From Deltaproteobacteria bacterium (GTDB lineage: Bacteria; Myxococcota; Myxococcia; SLRQ01): 64,000 nt of DNA. The notes under the pieces are model-generated. The model had not been told where the DNA came from. It saw nothing but the letters and a program-made list of their open reading frames with translations, and searched no databases. The translations under genes and the position numbers were made by a program. Location: contig JARGFU010000007.1 in NCBI GenBank assembly GCA_029210625.1, forward strand, positions 27,742-91,741, written 5' to 3'. Shown piece by piece: positions 57,938 to 64,000 of the stretch (the stretch's first letter is position 1; each line of letters starts with the position of its first letter).

Positions 57938-59016
57938 GAAGGCCTCACCCGATCCACCTCGCCCTGGCCGCCTTCACGATGGTCTTCCTCCTGGGGGCGT
58001 CTCCCTGCGGCACCATGGGGTCGCAGATCCGCAACAACATCCAGCAGGCCGAGCGGAACCTGAGGATCAACAGCGCGCAGGACATCCGCCGCGTCGGCCA
58101 GCGGATCACCTCGGCGACCAAGCACCTCGACGCGGCCCTGCAGAAGCACCTGCCGGCCCTGAAGAAGGGCCTGGACCACCCGGCGGCCACCGAGCTCACC
58201 CCGGAGCAGGAGTACTACCTGGGCCGGACCGTCTGCGCGCAGATCCTGGCCGAGCGCTTCGAGAACCGGGTCGTGGCCGTGAAGGGCAAGGGCCGCGAGG
58301 CCACCGGCAGCGCCGACCTCCACTACCTGCAGGCCATCGCCAACGCCCTGGTGCCGGCCGCCGAGCGATCGCACCTCGACGCCCTGCCCCCCGAGCGGAT
58401 CCCCACCGCCCTGCGGGTGGCGGTGGTGCCGGGCGACGCCCCCAACGCCTACGCCACCCCCGGCGGCTTCGTCGTGGTCACCTCGGGGATGCTCTCCCTG
58501 GCCGAGAACGAGGACGAGCTCGCCGCGGTGCTGGCCCACGAGCTCTCCCACGTGACCCTGGCCCACGGCCTCTCGGCCATCGACAAGGCCGAGGCCCCCC
58601 TGCTCAAGCGGATCGGGCGGGGCGCCGAGGCCCTCGGGACCTCGATGGGGGTGGATCTGAGCGAGCTGACCCAGGCCTTCGACAAGTTCACCGGCGCCAT
58701 CTCGGCGAAGCTCACCAAGGGCTACGACGCCGACTACGAGTTCGCCGCCGACGCCCGGGCCGCCAGCATCCTGGAGGAGGCGGGCTACGACCCCTCGGCG
58801 CTGCCCCGGATCGTCGATCGCCTCGGCAGCTGGCTCGAGGCCAACGGTCAGAAGGGCTTCGGCGAGACCCACCCCTCCCCCAAGGACCGCCTGGCCCGGC
58901 TGGGTGAGGTGCCCGTCGTGCCCGGCGCCGAGGGTCACCAGCGGGTGAGAGAGGTGCGCTTCGCCGCCCACACCCCCAAGCTGGTCCAGCAGGGCGCCCA
59001 GCTGGCGAGCCGCTAG
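57934..59016 (+). CDS. M48 family zinc metalloprotease
   Basis: ATGA overlap; EQEYYLG, PNAYATPGG, AVLAHELSH, EFAAD, AGYDP, THP. Confidence 0.9.
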   Translation: MRRPHPIHLALAAFTMVFLLGASPCGTMGSQIRNNIQQAERNLRINSAQDIRRVGQRITSATKHLDAALQKHLPALKKGLDHPAATELTPEQEYYLGRTVCAQILAERFENRVVAVKGKGREATGSADLHYLQAIANALVPAAERSHLDALPPERIPTALRVAVVPGDAPNAYATPGGFVVVTSGMLSLAENEDELAAVLAHELSHVTLAHGLSAIDKAEAPLLKRIGRGAEALGTSMGVDLSELTQAFDKFTGAISAKLTKGYDADYEFAADARAASILEEAGYDPSALPRIVDRLGSWLEANGQKGFGETHPSPKDRLARLGEVPVVPGAEGHQRVREVRFAAHTPKLVQQGAQLASR

Positions 59017-59039
59017 GGGAAGACCGCGAGGGCCAGGCG

Positions 59040-59840
59040 ATGAAGCTCTGGATCGGGGGCAAGGTCACCGGGGCCGCGGTCGGGATGGCCGTGGGGGGGC
59101 CGGTGGGCGCGCTGGTCGGCCTGGCCGTCGGCCACGCCCTCGATCACTTCACCAAGCCCGAGGACGTGGACGAGCTGCTGCGTCAGGAGCGTCAGGAGCG
59201 GCAGCAGCGCGCGCCGCTGCCCGCCGGGGAGAGCGCGAGCGACCGCGAGGCGCGGCTGCAGTTCACCACCCACCTGGTGGCCCTCTTCGCCGCCGTGGCC
59301 CAGGCCGACGGCAACGTGCGCCGGGAGGAGGTCCGCACCATCCGGAGCTTCTTCTCCGACCGGCTCCACATCTCCGGGAAGGATCTGGAGTTCGTCCGGC
59401 TGCTGCTCAAGAAGGCGCTGCGGGACCCGGTGGACGTCGAGGCCGCCGCCCGGACCTACAAGGCGGCCTCCACCGGCGCCGACCGGATGCTCTTCGTCCA
59501 GGCCCTCTACGAGATGGTCTGCGACCGGGGGGAGCCCAACCCGGCCCAGCAGAAGATGATCAACCAGATCGTGGTGGCCCTCGACCTCTCCGAGGCCGAC
59601 CACCACACGATCCGCTCGATCTACTTCTCGGTCCCCGGCCTCGACGAGGACTACGCCCTCCTGGGGCTCCCCGAGGGCTGCGGCGACGATGACCTCAAGC
59701 GGGCCTTCCGCACCCTGGCCGCCAAGCACCACCCGGACAAGGTGACCCACCTGGGCACCGACGCGGTCGCCATGGCCGGCAAGCGCTTCGCCGAGATCAA
59801 GGGGGCCTACGACCGGATCCGGGCCGCCAGGGGCCTTTGA
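59040..59840 (+). CDS. DjlA-like co-chaperone (TM + TerB + J domain)
   Basis: Gly-rich N-terminal anchor; ADG TerB motif; J domain with HPD. Confidence 0.88.
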   Translation: MKLWIGGKVTGAAVGMAVGGPVGALVGLAVGHALDHFTKPEDVDELLRQERQERQQRAPLPAGESASDREARLQFTTHLVALFAAVAQADGNVRREEVRTIRSFFSDRLHISGKDLEFVRLLLKKALRDPVDVEAAARTYKAASTGADRMLFVQALYEMVCDRGEPNPAQQKMINQIVVALDLSEADHHTIRSIYFSVPGLDEDYALLGLPEGCGDDDLKRAFRTLAAKHHPDKVTHLGTDAVAMAGKRFAEIKGAYDRIRAARGL

Positions 59841-59886
59841 GCCCGGGCCGCATGTGATATTGCGCCTGCCCCAGGAGGGGAGACTC

Positions 59887-62800
59887 ATGAAGACCCATTT
59901 CGTTCTGTGGCCGATGCTCGTCCTGCTGGCCGTCTCCGGCTGCAACTGCGGCAAGGGAGAGGGTGACAACGACGGTGGCTCCACCGCCGTCGATCCCACG
60001 CGCTCGACCGTGGTGGCGACCTCGCCGGTCCCCGCGGACGGCACCAGCACTTCGGAGGTGACCGTCACCCTCCTCGACGCCGAGGGCAACCCGGTGGCGG
60101 GCGTGAGCGTGACCCTGGCCTCCGACCGGGCCGGTGACACGGTGAGCGATCCGGCCGCCGCCTCGGACGCCTCGGGCGTGGCCGTGGGCAGCGTCGCCTC
60201 CACCGAGGTGGGGGACGCGGTGATCACCGCCAGCGCCGGAGGCCAGGTCCTCGGGCAGACGGCAACCGTCACCTTCGAGGTCGTCGGCCCGACCTGCAAC
60301 GGGCAGCCCGTCGACACCGACACCGACCCCCTCCACTGCGGCCGCTGCGACAACGCCTGCCCCGCGGGCCTCAACGAGGAGGCCACCTGCGCCGGCGGCC
60401 AGTGCGGGACGACCTGCGCTGCGGGCTTCGACGACTGCAACCCGGCGGTGGACGGCTGCGAGGCCGACCTGACGAGCGCGGCGACCTGCGGCGACTGCGG
60501 CACCACCTGCCCCGACGGCGCCAACGCCACCGGCGCCTGTGTCGACCCCTCCACCTCCACCTGCGGCTACGACTGCGCCGCCGGCTGGGGGGACTGCGAT
60601 CCGGCGGTGGACGGCTGCGAGGTGCGGATCGACACCGCCGCCCGCTGCGGCGACTGCGCCACCGACTGCAACCTCCCGACCATCCTCAACGGGGTGGCCA
60701 CCTGCGCCGATCCCGCCACCGGCACCTGCGGGGTGAGCTGCGACGTGGGCTCGCAGAACTGCGACGGCGACCCCACCAACGGGTGCGAGCCGCTGACCTC
60801 GGCGGCGGCCTGCGGTAGCTGCGCGGTGACCTGCAACGACGAGCCCAACGCCAGCGGGATCTGCGTCGAGCCGACCACCGGCACCTGCGGGCTGGACTGC
60901 GATCCGGGCTACGCCGACTGCGATCTGGCCCAGGCCGGCTGCGAGACCGACACCGGCGTGGACATGAACCACTGCGGCGGCTGCAACCGGCCCTGCACGG
61001 TCTCCGGCGCCGAGGCCACCGCCACCTGCAGCAACTCCCTCTGCAGCCGGGGCTGCAACGGGGGCTTCGCCGACTGCAACCTCGACCTCGACGATCCCAC
61101 CGGAGACGGCTGCGAGACCGACCTCTCCACCGGCGACTGCGGGTGCAGCCTCTCGGCCACCGGGGCCACGGCGACCTGCCTGACGGGCGGCTCCGGAGCC
61201 CGCACCGTGATCTGGACGCAGCTGCGGGACGCCGGCGGCACGCCCGTGACCGGCGCCACCGTGACCATCGACAGCGCCGACCTCACCTGGCTGGGGCCGG
61301 TCACCGAGTCGAGCAGCGCCCCGGGCACCTACTTCCGCGAGGCCGAGCCCCTCGCGGCGACCGGCGCCGTCCAGGTCACCCTCACGGCCAGCTCCGCCAC
61401 CTGCGGCGCCAGCGCCCCGCTGCGGCCGGTCACCCTCGACATCGTCGACCCCGTCATCGACGCCGGCGCCACCGCGACCGGCGGCTGCGCGCTGCGGCAG
61501 ACCAACCTGCGGGTGAAGGTCGTCGCCGAGGAGGACGGCGCGCCCCTGGCCGGCGCCTTCGTGATGCTCGGCGAGGCGGTCGACGCCGCGGCCTTCCATG
61601 GCAGCTTCGAGGACACCCTCGCCGGCGCCGCCGGGACCCTGGGCAACACGGCCCTCACCGACGCCAACGGCTTCGCCACCTTCGTCGATCACGGCACGAT
61701 CGGGATGGAGGCGGTGAGCATCGTCAGCGCCGGCGCGGCGAACCGCGCCTACGTCTCCCTGGTGGGCATCGACGCCGGCGACGTCATCCTCTCTCTGCCC
61801 CAGCTGCCGCCCTATCCGACGCGGGTCTCCCTCGGAGGCAACGTCACCGGCGCCAGCTACCCGCTGGACAACGACGGCGTGGTGCAGACCGCGATGATCA
61901 TGCCGGTGCTGGACCTGGACTTCGTCGCGGCCTTCGATCTGAACCGGCTGCTCTCGGACGTCCGGAACCTCACCATCAGCTCTCTGGGCTTCTGCCGGGC
62001 CGACGGCCAGACCTTCCCCATCCCCGGGAACATCCACGTGCCGGATCAGGTCGAGCTCGGCGCCTGTCAGCTCGCCGGCGGTCACCCCTGGTACATCGAT
62101 CACCCCAGCGGCGGGCAGGTGGACCTGGTGGGCGTGCGGGCCGACGGCGACATCTTCAGCCTCCTGGGCCTCATCGGGGGCACCGGCACCGCCGAGGAGC
62201 TCCTGGCGCTGATGACCCCCTCCGCGGCCGGGATGATCACCGGGGTCTCCGCCGCCTCGAATCAGACCAACCTCACCATCCCGCTGACCGAGACGGTGAC
62301 CGAGACCATGCCGGTGGACATCCAGGGCGCGCCCCTGGGCACCCTCTACGCCCTGGCCCTGGCCGACCTCGACGGGGCCAACGGCACCGGGCGGCTCTTC
62401 CTCGAGGGCTTCAAGGTCCAGCAGAACGCCACCGACCTCACGACGATGGTGGCCACCTCCGACGGCCTCTCCACCTTCGCCGGCAAGAGCGACCTCGGGG
62501 TGGGGCTCTCCACCGACGGCGCGGCGACCTCCATCGTGATGGATCGGACGACCCTCAACGCCACCAGCCCCCGCGTCTTCTCCGACTTCTTCCTCTATCC
62601 GGCCGGCGCGGCGGTCGGGCGCACCTTCAGCTGGAGCGACATCGCCGGCACGACCCCGGATCACCACTACAGCAAGTCGGTGCTGCGGCGGGTCTCGGCC
62701 CTCGGCGACTACGCCCGGCGCTACGAGCCCTTCTGGATCGTCTACACCGATCCGGGTCACCGCCTGCCCTCGGGCAGCCGTGGCTTCTCCCTGCCGACCC

Positions 62801-62997
62801 TGCCGGCGAGCGCCCCGCGGGGCTTCGACGGTGGCTACCTCGTGCCGGGCTTCAACCAGGTCAACCGCTGGCTCTTCTCCGGCTGGTACCTGGGCCTGAA
62901 CCCCAACGCTGCGGCCCTCGATCTGCGCAGCTTCACCTTCCAGAACAACACCCAGGAACTCACCCGGATCGTGAGTGAGTCCGTCGCGATGCCATGA
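59887..62997 (+). CDS. Large lipoprotein: Ig-like domain, five 8-Cys repeats, further beta-rich domains
   Basis: Lipobox VSGC(NC); invasin-type Ig (VPADG..VTVTLLDAEGNPV); repeats CG.C...C...C...C...C...DC...GCE. Confidence 0.85.
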   Translation: MKTHFVLWPMLVLLAVSGCNCGKGEGDNDGGSTAVDPTRSTVVATSPVPADGTSTSEVTVTLLDAEGNPVAGVSVTLASDRAGDTVSDPAAASDASGVAVGSVASTEVGDAVITASAGGQVLGQTATVTFEVVGPTCNGQPVDTDTDPLHCGRCDNACPAGLNEEATCAGGQCGTTCAAGFDDCNPAVDGCEADLTSAATCGDCGTTCPDGANATGACVDPSTSTCGYDCAAGWGDCDPAVDGCEVRIDTAARCGDCATDCNLPTILNGVATCADPATGTCGVSCDVGSQNCDGDPTNGCEPLTSAAACGSCAVTCNDEPNASGICVEPTTGTCGLDCDPGYADCDLAQAGCETDTGVDMNHCGGCNRPCTVSGAEATATCSNSLCSRGCNGGFADCNLDLDDPTGDGCETDLSTGDCGCSLSATGATATCLTGGSGARTVIWTQLRDAGGTPVTGATVTIDSADLTWLGPVTESSSAPGTYFREAEPLAATGAVQVTLTASSATCGASAPLRPVTLDIVDPVIDAGATATGGCALRQTNLRVKVVAEEDGAPLAGAFVMLGEAVDAAAFHGSFEDTLAGAAGTLGNTALTDANGFATFVDHGTIGMEAVSIVSAGAANRAYVSLVGIDAGDVILSLPQLPPYPTRVSLGGNVTGASYPLDNDGVVQTAMIMPVLDLDFVAAFDLNRLLSDVRNLTISSLGFCRADGQTFPIPGNIHVPDQVELGACQLAGGHPWYIDHPSGGQVDLVGVRADGDIFSLLGLIGGTGTAEELLALMTPSAAGMITGVSAASNQTNLTIPLTETVTETMPVDIQGAPLGTLYALALADLDGANGTGRLFLEGFKVQQNATDLTTMVATSDGLSTFAGKSDLGVGLSTDGAATSIVMDRTTLNATSPRVFSDFFLYPAGAAVGRTFSWSDIAGTTPDHHYSKSVLRRVSALGDYARRYEPFWIVYTDPGHRLPSGSRGFSLPTLPASAPRGFDGGYLVPGFNQVNRWLFSGWYLGLNPNAAALDLRSFTFQNNTQELTRIVSESVAMP

Positions 62998-63650
62998 CCA
63001 CACCCAAGCGCTTCATCGCCCTCGCCGGGAACATCGGGACCGGCAAGACCACCGCCGCCAAGATCCTCTCGCGAGAGCTGGGCTACGAGCTCTTCGACGA
63101 GCCGGTGATCGACAACCGCTTCCTGCGTCACTACTACGCCGACATGAAGCGGTGGTCCTTCACCCTCCAGCTGGAGTTCCTGATCCGGCGGGTGGAGCAC
63201 CACGAGCTGATCGCCACGGTGCCGAAGTCCTGCGTGCAGGACCGCACCCTCTACGAGGATCCGGAGATCTTCGCCAAGTACCTCCACGGCCTCGGCTACA
63301 TGACCGGCGACGAGCTCGATCTCTACTTCGAGTACTTCGACCGCCTGAGCCGCTCCCTCCACAAGCCGGACCTCGTGATCATGCTCCAGGGCGTGACGCC
63401 CACCGGGCTCCTCGATCGCATCAAGACCCGCGGCCGCAAGGAGGAGCAGGGCATCCCCGAGGACTTCCTCCAGGGCCTCTCCGGCTACTACCTCTCCTTC
63501 CCCATGGTCTGTAAGGAGAAGTACGGCCTGCCGGTGGTGAAGTTCGACGTCTCGGAGACCGACATCCGCAAGGGGCCGGGCCGCCAGGCCTTCCTGGACG
63601 CCGTGCAGAAGGGACTCGACGGGCTCGGCGGCCTGCGCAAGGTCAAGTAG
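62994..63650 (+). CDS. Deoxynucleoside kinase
   Basis: IALAGNIGTGKTT, EPV, QDRTLYED, PDLVI, RIKTRGR. Confidence 0.93.
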   Translation: MTTPKRFIALAGNIGTGKTTAAKILSRELGYELFDEPVIDNRFLRHYYADMKRWSFTLQLEFLIRRVEHHELIATVPKSCVQDRTLYEDPEIFAKYLHGLGYMTGDELDLYFEYFDRLSRSLHKPDLVIMLQGVTPTGLLDRIKTRGRKEEQGIPEDFLQGLSGYYLSFPMVCKEKYGLPVVKFDVSETDIRKGPGRQAFLDAVQKGLDGLGGLRKVK

Positions 63651-64000
63651 GCGCGTCGCCGCCCTCGGAGGCCTCGCTCGCCACCCAGGTGGCGAGGTCG
63701 TCCACCCAGTGGCCCACGGCCTTCAGGGCCGCCGAGGTCCGCTCCGGGGCGAAGTTGAAGCCCGCGGCCAGCGAGACCGCGCCCAGGATCAGGAGCAGCA
63801 CCCCCAGGCGCACCACGCGCCGCATGCGGGAGCGCAGGGTCTCGAGCTGCACCGAGACCTGCAGCAGGGCGCTGGCCTCGGCCAGGTCCTCCTCGTCCTC
63901 GGCCTGCGCCTCGAGCGCGATCTCCTCCTCCTCCTCCTCTTCCTCCTCCTCCTCCTCCTCGAGCTCGGGCTCCTCTTCCTCCTCCTCGTCCAGGCCCCGG
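63643..64000 (-). CDS. 3' end of an acidic (poly-Glu) protein with C-terminal TM (partial)
   Basis: Frame open to the window end; GAG runs; hydrophobic segment LGVLLLILGAVSLAAGF. Confidence 0.7.
   Translation of the reverse strand, partial: RGLDEEEEEEPELEEEEEEEEEEEEEIALEAQAEDEEDLAEASALLQVSVQLETLRSRMRRVVRLGVLLLILGAVSLAAGFNFAPERTSAALKAVGHWVDDLATWVASEASEGGDAPT

Noticed and set aside
63920-63990. (TCC)n trinucleotide microsatellite
   Set aside because: Encodes a poly-Glu tract of the partial minus-strand CDS; in-frame slippage would not cause phase variation.

Overview
Very GC-rich bacterial DNA, most likely from a Myxococcota/deltaproteobacterial chromosome; MYXO-CTERM-type C-termini, a GKADG lipoprotein and Cys-rich repeats point that way. 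About 45 real CDSs are present. Housekeeping and metabolic genes include the 5' part of smc, a MATE transporter, ettA, a P5C-dehydrogenase-like/aminotransferase pair, hydantoinase A/B and a deoxynucleoside kinase. Many genes encode envelope or signalling proteins. The most unusual items are: (1) a 4,853-aa surface protein of 45 two-Cys FN3-like repeats arranged in 3-mer and then 4-mer super-repeats; (2) an operon for a CHASE2 adenylate cyclase with a SPOR-like insert, an SH3b-like secreted protein and an M48 protease, a candidate cell-wall-sensing cAMP system; (3) a 166-bp TA-flanked ERIC-like MITE that supplies the ettA stop codon; (4) a 36-aa microORF that copies the beta5-alpha5 end of the neighbouring response regulator; (5) a chimeric junction of two gene remnants, one a CarH-like B12 regulator. 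No rRNA, tRNA, CRISPR array or transposase was seen. All family calls come from reading motifs by eye; no database search was run.
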